NCBI RefSeq assembly: GCF_001194135.2
Contig: NC_068987.1
Coordinates: 107,906,709-107,970,708 of the forward strand
Source: Octopus bimaculoides
Lineage: Eukaryota
Reading direction: 5' to 3'
DNA length: 64,000 nt
Of the stretch, positions 40,477-53,800 are shown in pieces. Under the pieces are notes generated by a model. That model made no database searches. It was not told the origin of the DNA and saw only the letters and a list, made by a program, of their open reading frames with translations. Made by a program: the position numbers and the translations under genes. Every line of letters begins with the position of its first letter. Position 1 is the stretch's first letter.

Positions 40477-41827
40477 GAGCAACTGGGGGCCATGCATCTC
40501 GACTTTTACATACATACATGCATACATATATACACACATATAAATATATATATTTATATATATATGTATGTATATGTATGCGTATACATGTACGTATGTT
40601 TATACATATATATAATATATGCACATACATATATGCATACATAGATACATTTATGTATATGCCCATACATTTACATAATCATATATTCACGCGCCTACAC
40701 GCATAAACACAGACATACACACACACACAGCCTCACACAGACATATATGCAGGCAAACGCACACATTGTATACACATGCTCGCCAACAAGGCACGTATAT
40801 TTACAAACGAGACTACCCACCATGAATTTTCTTTAGTGCTGAAGAACGACAGAGATAACATACGAATCAGATTCCAACTAATGGAGTAAAGCGTAAATCT
40901 ATATTTGTCGATTTGGATCATGATTGTCGCGATAGTATGACTTACTGAATACACATGCTTACTAGACTATAATCCTAATGGCTGAATATTCCACATAGAC
41001 TTGTATACTTATCGCTTACACATCAATCAGTGTAACAGATATATGACTAAATCAGTCGTTTCAAATTTTACACTACTCAATCCGATAGGCTTACGGAATT
41101 TCCTATTACCAACTTTCAGCAATGAAGCTTCAGTTAGCCATAAGCTATTACAAAAACATCTGTCAAAAATACCACATAGTGGGATCGAACCAGCAATCTC
41201 AACATGATTTTGAAGCGAAATTCGTAACAATTTGTCCTTGCCGTGAATCGCATATGCCTTTACACACAAAGAATTCGTACACATTTCTATCCGCATATAC
41301 GTTAAATAAATGCATACGCATAAACGCACACTTACTCAACACACACACACACAGTTTAATCCCGTGTGATAAGAAAATTTGGCATTTTGGTCGTTACATT
41401 TCCCCAACTGTGACGAGGTATTTTGTTCCCATGATGCAATGGTTTGTCGATATTTCCAGATAACAACTCAGGTTACCAAAGCAATGCCAATTTATTTTTC
41501 TTTATAGCAGACATGAGTGCGTGTGTGTGTGCATACGTAGGCTAATATATATATNNNNNNNNNNNNNNNNNNNNNNNNNNNNNNNNNNNNNNNNNNNNNN
41601 NNNNNNNNNNNNNNNNNNNNNNNNNNNNNNNNNNNNNNNNNNNNNNNNNNNNNNNNNNNNNNNNNNNNNNNNNNNNNNNNNNNNNNNNNNNNNNNNNNNN
41701 NNNNNNNNNNNNNNNNNNNNNNNNNNNNNNNNNNNNNNNNNNNNNNNNNNNNNNNNNNNNNNNNNNNNNNNNNNNNNNNNNNNNNNNNNNNNNNNNNNNN
41801 NNNNNNNNNNNNNNNNNNNNNNNNNNN

Positions 41828-41861
<34 letters not shown>

Positions 41862-42019
41862 CCTAGATACACAAGCATACACATAGAAAGATATATTAAA
41901 TAATACACATCTACATCCACTGGGGGCAAGTTAGTCTATGCAATTATTTTCGTTGGTGTTTTGTCTAACGTTGGAGAACGTTGCTTATCAATCAGGGAAC
42001 GCTTCAGAAAAAAATAATA

Positions 42020-42029
42020 CAATAAAGTA

Positions 42030-42102
<73 letters not shown>

Positions 42103-42138
42103 TGAAGATGATGATGATAATGATGATAATGATGATAT
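42020..42138. repeat. (TAA)n grading into (TGA)n microsatellite
   Basis: Directly visible. Confidence 0.95.
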
Positions 42139-43350
42139 GCTAGAAAAAACAATACAGCAAATATAAACGAAATATACACCCTAAACATTTTCATTTGCTG
42201 TCATGTGGTAGACAAGCTGGAGGCTCTGTTGATATGTTTTGTTGTTGTTATTCTCCGTGATGGTGGTCTTGACTGCCGTGGTGATGGTGTTGGTGTTGGT
42301 GTTGGTAGTGGCACAAGTAATATGCGTCTACGGTGTTGCTTCTATTGCTAGTGTTGTTGTTGTTGTTGTTGTTGGTATTGATGTTGTGTTGGCACCACAC
42401 CCATTCAGAGGAACGGCCCTGGAGCAAGAACTGTGTGGGTTGGTAGCTGGGATAATCAAAATCGTGTTGAGCTGAATACAAGTGTTAGGTACACAACAGG
42501 TTCAATGAAAACAATGTGTCAATGATTATATATATATATGTATATATATATANNNNNNNNNNNNNNNNNNNNNNNNNNNNNNNNNNNNNNNNNNNNNNNN
42601 NNNNNNNNNNNNNNNNNNNNNNNNNNNNNNNNNNNNNNNNNNNNNNNNNNNNNNNNNNNNNNNNNNNNNNNNNNNNNNNNNNNNNNNNNNNNNNNNNNNN
42701 NNNNNNNNNNNNNNNNNNNNNNNNNNNNNNNNNNNNNNNNNNNNNNNNNNNNNNNNNNNNNNNNNNNNNNNNNNNNNNNNNNNNNNNNNNNNNNNNNNNN
42801 NNNNNNNNNNNNNNNNNNNNNNNNNNNNNATATATATGCATATATGTATGTATACATACGCGCGCGCCTCTGTACATATTATCGAATTGTCGATATATGT
42901 AAATGTTAATATGCTCACACAAAAATGAACACACTCATCTGCACACTAATATAAGTGTGTTTATGCGCACGTGTGTGTTTATAGAAGCATACACGCATGC
43001 ACTCAGACATGGATATATGTTAAAACTATAAAAGAAACCATTTCTGGAATGGCTATAAATCAATGTTGTTCTTATAAAATATAATGAGGTGAGACTATTA
43101 ATACTGAAGTTACATTATTGTCTGTAGACAATTGGAAAGATACGTAAATATAAATATACAATGAATAGCAAAAAGGATATTAATCAATGTCTAACAATTC
43201 CAGCATTTTATTGGAAAGTATAACCGAAGATCCTAAAGTATTTGTCTTATTCTGACCTCATCAGAAAGAAATAGTCTAACTGTGGACATATTGATTTAAG
43301 TATAATCGAAGTAATGATAAAATATTTGTATTCTTTTATTAATTTATATT

Positions 43351-43732
43351 TTAGTCATTTTACTGCGGCCATGCTGTGGCACCATCTTTAGTCGAACAAA
43401 TCGACCCCAGGACTCATACTTTGTAAGCCTAGTACTTATTCTAGAGGTGTTTTCTGCCGAGGTGCTAAGTTACAGGGACGTAAACACACCAGCAGCGGTT
43501 GTCAAGCGATGGTGGCAGGACAAACACAGACGCACAAATGAATACACACATATATATATTCATTTATTGATATAACAGCCTTCTTTCAGTTTCCCACTAC
43601 CAAATCCACTTACAAGGCTTTGATCGGCTCGAAGCTTCAGTAGAAGACAGTTTCCCAAGGTGCCTCGCAGTGGGATTGAACCCGGAACAATACGGTTGGA
43701 AAATAAGCGTCTTACAACACGGCCACTCCTGT
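43351..43732 (-). mobile_element. SINE family B, full length: tRNA head, body, internal (TA/TG) tract and 3' tail
   Basis: The minus strand reads head CAGGAGTGGCCGTGTTGTAAG, body CCAAAGCCTTGTAAGTGGATTTGGTAG, an internal (TA)(TG) run, then TTTGTCCTGCC...GGGGTCGATTTGTTCGACTAAAGATGGTGCCACAGCATGGCCGCAGT. Confidence 0.85.
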
Positions 43733-44036
43733 GAATGCATGAAAAAAAAAGAAACCATATTTAATTCGTTGTTAATTTGACTCACAGCTGGTTTAAAACT
43801 ACTCCCTGGTCATTGGCTGCATTCAGCCTACATCCAATTTTAGACAAGTATTTGGGGTTGGCTTTCGGTCTGAGATCTTCGTTTCTTCCTCCCATCATCC
43901 ATTTCGAGGACCTTAAAGATCTCATTAGTCATCATTTTCCCCTGTGTTATAAGAAAATGTTGGAAAATATATTTGAAACAAATTATCATCGGCAATACTG
44001 ATGATTGTCAATGCCAAACAGTTTTTTGTTTGTATG

Positions 44037-44222
44037 GGGGCGGCGACCTAGCAGAATCTTTAACACATCGTACAAAAACCAAAGCGGCATTCTTTGGGGG
44101 GCTTTACGATTTGAATTGAAATTTTGCAGAGGTTGACTTTGCCTTTCATTACTTCGGGATCCGTTTGAAGAGTGGGGCAGATGCAATTGACTGATATTAG
44201 GTTCATAGTAGAAAGGAGAAAT
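44037..44222 (+). mobile_element. SINE family A, degenerate
   Basis: GGCGGCGACCTAGCAGAATC...GAGGTTGACTTTGCCTTTCAT...AGTAGAAAGG. Confidence 0.7.
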
Positions 44223-44520
44223 TACTTTCTAATTTTCGGAACTGAGCGTACTTTCAGAACAGAAAATTCGTTCAACAATACCCTGCATACTTCAGTCTTT
44301 ATACCAATGCTTGACCGAATCATAGCATCCAGTCTACTTACTCAGGAAATGATGACGAAATCACGAAGTAAATTTCAAGCCCAACTGAATTGGAAGACGC
44401 CATTCGCCTGATAAACAATGTTTTATTTAGAGTTGATACAATATATGAAGAATTTTAAATGAGTATAACAACTTTACATTAATTAATATTCAAAATATAG
44501 TGCACATAGGTTTATTACAG

Positions 44521-44560
<40 letters not shown>

Positions 44561-45419
44561 NNNNNNNNNNNNNNNNNNNNNNNNNNNNNNNNNNNNNNNN
44601 NNNNNNNNNNNNNNNNNNNNNNNNNNNNNNNNNNNNNNNNNNNNNNNNNNNNNNNNNNNNNNNNNNNNNNNNNNNNNNNNNNNNNNNNNNNNNNNNNNNN
44701 NNNNNNNNNNNNNNNNNNNNNNNNNNNNNNNNNNNNNNNNNNNNNNNNNNNNNNNNNNNNNNNNNNNNNNNNNNNNNNNNNNNNNNNNNNNNNNNNNNNN
44801 NNNNNNNNNNNNNNNNNNNNNNNNNNNNNNNNNNNNNNNNNNNNNNNNNNNNNNNNNNNNNNNNNNNNNNNNNNNNNNNNNNNNNNNNNNNNNNNNNNNN
44901 NNNNNNNNNNNNNNNNNNNNNNNNNNNNNNNNNNNNNNNNNNNNNNNNNNNNNNNNNNNNNNNNNNNNNNNNNNNNNNNNNNNNNNNNNNNNNNNNNNNN
45001 NNNNNNNNNNNNNNNNNNNNNNNNNNNNNNNNNNNNNNNNNNNNNNNNNNNNNNNNNNNNNNNNNNNNNNNNNNNNNNNNNNNNNNNNNNNNNNNNNNNN
45101 NNNNNNNNNNNNNNNNNNNNNNNNNNNNNNNNNNNNNNNNNNNNNNNNNNNNNNNNNNNNNNNNNNNNNNNNNNNATAAACATTGTATTTGGAGAAATAA
45201 CCGGTTTCGTGTTGTCTTTTCAAATTTCTCTACTTCATGGTAACATGTCTTTGCTCCCGTGTGTAAATAAGAGTTCTAGATAGGGGGAGGTAATTTGGGA
45301 TTTCTTCCGGTATAAGGGAGATAATCGAAATGTAGAAGGTGGTAGATTTTGATTAACTTATCATGGTTTGGTTTAGAAGGAATGGTATGTTAGGTTTGTT
45401 CTATATTTTTTCCCTCTCA

Positions 45420-45461
<42 letters not shown>

Positions 45462-45744
45462 TACACCTACAATAATTTATGCTATTGAGTCAGTTACTGA
45501 TTGCTCAATTTCTCTCTCACTCTCTCTCGCATCCTCTCTCTCTCTCTTTTTCTCTCTCTCTCTCACTCTCTCTTAATACATAACACAAACATTGATACAT
45601 CTATATATACACACATATATTTATATTTATAGATTGTGAGTTGTATGTGAAGGCATATTTGGTAATTCAATAAAATAAATATCACCTACCGAAATCCAAA
45701 TTTATTTGATAGAAATTATTTGTGCATATGTTTTCGATAAGCTT

Positions 45745-46620
45745 TCTTAGGAATTTGCCTTCATTTTCGTTGGCTGTCTAAATACTGAACCGAAATCTTC
45801 GACATGCATGCACTAAATACACCGTATGCCTTTCTGACATCACGTGAAATATAGCAGCCCTCATTGAAGTTAGCATATTGTGATGACGTCCATTAGTTTT
45901 CCTTTCAACAATGCTCCAAACGTAGAAGTCCATGAGACTTAAATCTGGCAAATTTGGGGGTCACACGTTTGGTGTTATAGGATCGTAAAGGTTGTCTGAA
46001 TCCTTTTTTGTTTTACGTGGGCTTTATGAGAATGTTGTGAGTCTCGATGAAACACGTATGGCCATCGATGCGTACTTCATCGAGCCAATTCTTAAGAAGT
46101 GTTTCCAGCACGTCAAAGTAACCAGCTTTGTGGAAATATGTAAGGTGGCACGATGTTGCCTTCGCCTCACATAACTTCTAAAACCATTACAATTACTGGA
46201 AGCTTTACTATCGGTGGAAACTTATTCTGGAGACATCGGAAGTATCGGCACGCAACCACGTGTCAATTTCCTTATTAGAATTTTCGTCATAATCTAATAT
46301 TATTTCAACAGAGCAGAAGGAAAGTATGCTATGTTCGTGAAGGTTATCTAATCTTATTAAGTAGCCGTTCATATGTATCAATGAGTTTTTGTATGTCTTT
46401 GCAAACAGGAATGTCTACCTCACCGGGCATTCGAGTCTTTCGGTAATGGCTCCCGTTCATTTTGCCGGATCGTTATTGATAATGTCTTCAAAACGTTGGA
46501 TAAGTTGTTCCGTTCTTACAGTGACATTGATAAAACCCTTAGAATGCATTATTGATACAGTTAAAAATATTACCGCCAGAGGCTTCCGATCCAATCCCAA
46601 CTTTGTTTACAAAAGATCTG
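45745..46620 (-). mobile_element. DD37D (maT-type) transposase relic, most of the ORF
   Basis: VRTEQLIQRFEDIINNDP (N-terminal region), TWLRADTSDV...KLPVIVMVLEV..EGNIVPPYIFPQ, and ITPNV*PPNLPDLSLMDFYVWSIVERKTN...HACRRFR. Confidence 0.85.
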
Positions 46621-47844
46621 GCATTATGTGAGCGTATTTCTTATGTGTGATTTCAACTTCCTGGATGTCAAATGGCCCGAATGCCTCATGTACTAAGGAA
46701 AATTCTAAGGAACATTGCAAACAATAACAGCTGAAGTCCCTGCTCAAGCTCATCAAGTTGTGCTCAGATAAACTATGGCGAATAACATTTTGGATTTCTG
46801 CTTTACAAAGCAAATGGACACCGTTCATGACGTGGACTTGACGCTGACATTAGTTTCGTGTCACAACATTATAGAGCTGTATGGACTAAAAGTAACCAAA
46901 GGCATACAGCCTAAAGGAAGCACCCAAAATCTCTCCAATCTGAACTTCCACAAAGCAGACTGGAAATCGATCCAAAAAGATATCCTCAGACAGGACTGGC
47001 CGAAATGTTTCTCCACACCGGACATTGGCAGGAAACTAGGATATTTCATGTCTGTTATGCAAACCATATGGCATAAATATGTCTCAGAACACAAGGCTAA
47101 CACAAAAAGGAACAAGATTCCAAGGGAGAGGAAGATTCTCATGAGACAACGGATGAAGGTTGCGAATTGCTTCAACCAACATTCCAAAAGTAGTGAACGG
47201 TCCCGCCTAAAAACAACACTGATGGAGATTGAAAATAGCCCTGCAACCCTCATATGTGAGGGAGAGAGCAGAAAAGAATCCTGAGTTATAAAAAACATAA
47301 AGTCAAAACCAAAGCCTTTCTTTCATTATGCCAAAGAAACAGCCTCAGTACGCTGCAAAATAGAACCCCTCTTCCAAAAGGATGGCTTCCTCACCGGTAG
47401 TCCAACCAGGATCAGTGAGGTACTGCATGGCCAGTTCAAAAGTATCTTTAGCATCTGGTTAGAACACAGACAAGTGAACGAACCAGTGGATTTCTTTGCC
47501 GCCTCAACTACAACCAGTGAGGCAGTTACGATGGATCCCATTGACATTAGTGAAGCTGATATACTGCTAGCCATAGATGAGGTGGACTCAAACTCAACCA
47601 CTGGTCCTGACAGTTTCCCAGCAAACCTCCTCAAATTGTGTAAGCGTGTCCTGGCGAAAACACAACAGATTCTCTTCCAACGCTTCCTTGCAATTGACAG
47701 GCCGCCAAAAAAAGAAAAAAAACTAAAGAAGGAAATAATATGTCAAGTCCATAGTGGAGGAAGCAGAGCAGATGCCAAAATCTAAATGCCTATCTCCCTG
47801 GCTTCATACATCAGCATGCATACATACATACATACATACATACA

Positions 47845-47879
<35 letters not shown>

Positions 47880-49200
47880 TCAAAGTCATGAAACGGTTAG
47901 TCAGAGGGAAACTAATCGCATTCATTGAAAAAAATGACTTACTGAGTGATACCCAGCATGGCTTTCGACCAGGTAGGAGCTGACTGACACGGCTCTTACA
48001 GCACTATGACGGTGTTGAGGCAGTTACTGAACAACTCAAACGCGACGCCGAACAATTGTAATATACCTGGACGTAATATACCTTGACTTTGCAAAAGCTT
48101 TTGAAAAAGTGGATCATGCTATGATATGCCACAAACTGCATGATCTTTGCAAACATAGAGAGTGGTAGGGCTCTGTCTTGGGACCACTGGTCTTCATAGT
48201 GGCCCTCTCAGGTATACCCTCAGCTACCCATGCTAGCTACGCAGAAAATACGAAAATCTCACTGAAAATACAGAACTCCAGATTTGCTGCACACCTTCAG
48301 CAGGAGTTAAACTCAATTTACAGATAGGATGAGGACAATAATATGCAGTTTAATGCTCAAAAATCCCAAGCCCTGCGCTGCCAGTGGCCAAAACTGAATA
48401 TAAAACTTACTGGCCTACAGAGAATTATAATCCCAGAGCCTAAATTATTGCGGTACCTGGGTATCGATATGAGTAATAATACCTCTTCCAAGTGCACATT
48501 ATTAGATGGCGACGAAATGCTGACGACTGGCTGGATGGATCCCAAGATCCATCTGAACCAGAGAGAAGGAAACTATGATGGTCCTCTGGAGAACATTCGT
48601 CCTCAGTCGCCTGGATTATTGCTCCCAGCGATGGCCACCCAATAGTGTAAAATTAACAGCGGACCTTGAAGTAATCCAGCGAAGCTTCAGAAGATCGGCC
48701 CATACAACAGATCAGATCCTGGGATAGGCTGAAACAGCTAAGACTTTACTCCCTGGGGTGAAGGCAGGAGTGATATGCAGTAATATACATCTGGGAGATC
48801 CTGAAAGAGATTGTGCCAAATATTGGCATAGAAATCTACCAAAATGCCAGAACGGGTCGCCTCCGCACAGTGCCAAAGATCCCAGCAATGCCATCGAGCT
48901 TCAGGACCAGTTACTGCAACAGCCTGGCTTTGAGGGGACCACGGCTTTTAAATTTTCTCCCAAAGAACCTGAGGGATCCATAGAAAGTGGAGTTAGGTGT
49001 TTCCAAATCAAAACTGGAACTCTTCCTGCCGAGAGTCCCAGATAAACCTACTTCACGGCAGGAGGGGAAAATGACGGTATCGATATTGAACTCCCTAATT
49101 CTCAAGATGCCACGTATCAGTGGAGGCTCCCAATAATAAGAGTATAGCAAAACAACGGTGCTCCAGCATAGCTACAGCTTTGGGCTGAAACTGATAACAA
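46620..49200 (+). mobile_element. 5'-truncated CR1/L2-group LINE (APE remnant, RT and 3' tail), pseudogenised
   Basis: DFNFLDVKWP and NILDFCFT...HNIIEL (APE); TGPDSFPANLLK, PISLAS, QHGFRPGRS, DVIYLDFAKAFEKVDH, LGPLVF and YAEN (decayed YADD, 48238-48249); SRLDYCS-like RLDYCSQ. Numerous stops and frameshifts. Confidence 0.9.
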
Positions 49201-49404
49201 TATATATATATATATATATATATATNNNNNNNNNNNNNNNNNNNNNNNNNNNNNNNNNNNNNNNNNNNNNNNNNNNNNNNNNNNNNNNNNNNNNNNNNNN
49301 NNNNNNNNNNNNNNNNNNNNNNNNNNNNNNNNNNNNNNNNNNNNNNNNNNNNNNNNNNNNNNNNNNNNNNNNNNNNNNNNNNNNNNNNNNNNNNNNNNNN
49401 NNNN

Positions 49405-49448
<44 letters not shown>

Positions 49449-49665
49449 CAAACAAACACACACACACACATTCATGAACCGTCAAAGAAGTTTTAATCCG
49501 CATAACTTTTAAAGTAGTCGTTTTCTTGGCTGCAACCACTCTGTTTACATATTCGAGTGATGGTGAAGTTTTTTGTTATTTTTACTACAGTTACGCTTTT
49601 TTATTATTATTAAATCTATGAAATAATACATATCTAGCTACGAAGCGAAAGAAGACAACAACAAC

Positions 49666-49722
<57 letters not shown>

Positions 49723-49849
49723 GGACGAAAAAAGTACATAAACTACAACTGCATTAACCGCTACCACAACAGCAACATCAAAAGAGATATAGTAAACAAC
49801 AATATCAAATTTGTCGACACGTCAAAACTGTCTTGTATTTTAAATTCTT

Positions 49850-50110
49850 CAAAGTAGCCGAGCTAGCCATCTTTTACTTCAATGACAGCTTTCGAGTGAA
49901 CATACTTGGAACGCTTTCAACCAGTTCGATGTAGTACAATATAGTATGTATAATACAAGATCATTGAACGACAGTTGGCCGCATATCCTCAAGGTTCCTT
50001 TCACTCCCAGTTGTGCGGAGCATCTTCTGTGTGTTGTTGACTGGTTTACTTCACTTCAGAATCGGTTACAGCTCAACAAATCTCCAATAATTCAATATCT
50101 TATCATCAGA
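49850..50110 (-). mobile_element. DD37D (maT-type) transposase C-terminal relic
   Basis: LEAVIEVKDG* (after a 1-nt frameshift) resembles RLEAVIEAEGG, preceded by an EVNQ..HN-like segment. Confidence 0.5.
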
Positions 50111-52836
50111 AAAACCTTTAAGTTTATGGGTGGAGAAAAGGTAAGGTGGTGGGGGTAGAAAAATCTTTATATTTGATGGGGAAAACGTCGAAACTGTCAT
50201 ATATGTTCAGAGTCTGTGTTTTTTTTTTGTTATCTTTACCGATACAATGTAATAGTAATTACATATATGTATGTATGAATATATATATATATATATANNN
50301 NNNNNNNNNNNNNNNNNNNNNNNNNNNNNNNNNNNNNNNNNNNNNNNNNNNNNNNNNNNNNNNNNNNNNNNNNNNNNNNNNNNNNNNNNNNNNNNNNNNN
50401 NNNNNNNNNNNNNNNNNNNNNNNNNNNNNNNNNNNNNNNNNNNNNNNNNNNNNNNNNNNNNNNNNNNNNNNNNNNNNNNNNNNNNNNNNNNNNNNNNNNN
50501 NNNNNNNNNNNNNNNNNNNNNNNNNNNNNNNNNNNNNNNNNNNNNNNNNNNNNNNNNNNNNNNNNNNNNNNNNNNNNNNNNNNNNNNNNNNNNNNNNNNN
50601 NNNNNNNNNNNNNNNNNNNNNNNNNNNNNNNNNNNNNNNNNNNNNNNNNNNNNNNNNNNNNNNNNNNNNNNNNNNNNNNNNNATATATGTGTATATGTAT
50701 ATATATATCTATATATATATATGCATGCTACTTGTTGTATGTGTACTTCTATGTATTCCTGTGCTCCTCTGTATATTTGCGCTCACGTATATGTGTGTTT
50801 GGTTGTGTGCATGGTCACGTGTCTCTTTTCGCATGCTTCGATATTTTCCTGTGTCTGCGTCTGTGCTTCTATTCGTGTTTATTTGTTCATGATTTGTTGT
50901 ACGTATTCTTTTCTTACCGATACAGTGTATGCATGTACGTGGATATGACACTTTGCTTGAGTGATCGTGTGTAGTTATATTTCTGTGTGTGTTTCCCTTA
51001 CGTTTCAATGAGCGTGCTTGTATTATGTGCTTCTTTACGCTTATGTCCGTATCCCCTTCAGTATATTCATCTTCATCACTGTACGTGTGTGTATTTGCGT
51101 ATGTTTACTGTCAATGTGTATGTTTTCTCATGCATTATGGAACTTTTGAAGTATGATAGGGTGATGGCGATTTTCAATAAGTTCGCTCTTAATGTCTAAC
51201 ACAACATCATATTTTATCTCGAGTCCATATATAGACAACTATTGACCCCTTCTACGTTTAAAAAACAGAATTAAAAACGATATTTTAGATAAGACGTATT
51301 TTTAATAAAACTTATAGTTAGTTTTGGCCTATGGTTATCACAGTTTTTCCTGATATTTAGCCCTAGGTCATACTTGAGATTAAAACTGTAACCAGTGTGT
51401 CTTTCTTTTTGTTTTTTTTTTTGTTTTTGTTTTCTTCAGACATGGTGAAACTAAGATTACATTATCCAATATGTCATTACCTACTTATGACTTTGAAATT
51501 TATGATGAGGGAGATTCGATGAATATTTCTAGGTGAAGAAAAAAACACATAGAGGTTCTCACAACAGTTTGATGGTATTTTAGCTTCTTGCTGGTACTCT
51601 TCATGTCGTTTTAGTGAGATACATCCTTTCGGTCTTAGAATAAGAAAAGAATTGCAAACGGGAATCAAACGAGGATTAAGTTTTATACTCAAATGCAAGT
51701 AACGGAATTTTAAGAGGATCTCGGTCAGTTTGAATGCAGGATACCAATAAACAGAATAGCACCATACTATACTATTTGCTGTGCTTTAACGATTCTGTTA
51801 ACTACTTTGGAATTCAAGCAATTTATAGCACTTTTTGGCGGGGAAGAACTGAGGAATTCTACCGATGATCTGCCGCAGAAAGCTGGACATGAACATAGGA
51901 CAGAACAAGAAAAACGGACAGCCATCTTTCACAGTCCACTGTGTGTTTTTACATGCGGAGAGAACCCATTATATGAAATAATTTTATTTAATCATAAACA
52001 TGTGAAGGCATTCGATGGAATGCCTATAGACCTAGGCTTATCCATTACAGTTTATTCGGTATTAAACAACAACAATTACTACAGTTATAAAGCGGGAAAG
52101 ACAGGTCACCATAATTGTAGAAAAGAGAACGCCGTGTGGTCTTTCAATTTGTTTCAGTAATAGCTTAAAACACTCCCGAACCACAGATGCCATCTTTCAT
52201 AAAGAAATATAGGATCGCTGGATAAAATGCACCTAAAAACCTTATGTCTAAAATATAAAAGTTGGTAGGGACACAGTTAAAATAGTTTTGAATATACGTC
52301 TGCCTCAACAGCTAGAACAACAAATACAGTTAGAAATACAATGACAAAACGTCCAAGTGTATGCTATTTCAAAGCGAAGTCCACAGGGACATTACATAAT
52401 AATGTCTGACTCACACAGCCATTTATACAAGATCTGAAATCTCACCGTTAATCCATGCAATCTAGAAGCCAGTCAGAAACACCCATCCCAGACAATTAAA
52501 TAAATAAATGAGCAAGAAATAACAAAACAGCAAGGAAAAAGAGATTAGAAAATAAACCTTGGAACAGAATGGTTCCCAGTGAAAATAGTATTGCAAACAG
52601 GTGATATTTGACTATATTTATATATTTACACATAGACTATTGTGTAATGAATCTAAAAATCCCCGTTTTACAAATACTGTATGGAAGGATGGAGAATATT
52701 TTAAATTCCTTTGTAGCTATGTTAATACAAGTAGATTCGTCTACACATCCACACATACACTCACACTTATTCTATACGCTTCTATGTGAAATTGATCGAG
52801 TGTCTCTCTAATATTTTTGTGCATAGATACCTACCC

Positions 52837-52870
<34 letters not shown>

Positions 52871-53189
52871 ATATATATATATATATATATANNNNNNNNN
52901 NNNNNNNNNNNNNNNNNNNNNNNNNNNNNNNNNNNNNNNNNNNNNNNNNNNNNAATATAAAAAAAGGGTTTTGTATGATCGTGTATAGAGGAATATATTA
53001 TTTAAAAGAGTTCCAACTCTGTCTGTTATTTTATGCTTTATTTATATTCTTATAAAATTAATGTGGGATATAGAATATGGAATATATAATATAAATAGTA
53101 AAATGAAATGAAGTATTGAATGTCTTATTGAATGTCTTATTGAATATAGGAAATATTGAGTATTAAATATAGAGTATTAAATATATAAG

Positions 53190-53800
53190 GACTAGTATAC
53201 TTTCCTGCCTCATGGCATTCATCAAGATGTACTGTAGTAGACTGGCTATTCATTTGTCTTTTATACCTATTCCTTTGGACAGCAGCAGTATGTGTTGGCT
53301 ATTTTTAGAAATGATGCCAAGTTTATTCTTAGAAATGATGACATTTGAGAGATTTTGTTGTGTTTTAGTTATAGGGATAAGATTTTTAAACCCCGAGTTA
53401 GATTAATTTAATCATTGTTTGTTAAGAGTGAGTTTGAATTTCTTAATAAAGTTGTTTTCTTTGGGTTTTCTCTCAATTTCATTCAGGTTGTAAAGTTTAT
53501 GGAATGGAAATATCATAAAAGTTTCTCGACCACATGTTGCCAGATGGTTACTCAGTGGTATTTGGCGGGCTTCTGGATTTTTAATCTGTTTTCGATGCAC
53601 AGGTGAGCGTTCCGATAGTGCATTACCTGTCTGGCCAACGTACAGTTCTTCACAATTAGGGCATTTGATGCAGTAGATTAGATTTCTACTTTTGCAGTTC
53701 ATGTTCGCATTGGTGAATATTTGCTCTCCTATGGTTTGTGTTTTACGTTTCAACTAGCCATGTACTATCAGCTCAGATAACTGGTGCATTTTTTCTTTAG
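53190..53800 (-). mobile_element. Penelope-like element fragment: GIY-YIG endonuclease ORF (53412-53753) plus 3' flank
   Basis: NCKSRNLIYCIKCPNCEELYVGQTGNALSER..VHRKQI...PLSNHL...ERKPKENNFIKKFKLTLN is a typical PLE GIY-YIG domain with a CCHH insertion. Confidence 0.9.

Noticed and set aside
51955-51978. GENPLY integrin-tail-like peptide
   Set aside because: It is an isolated short match with no preceding transmembrane segment or splice support.
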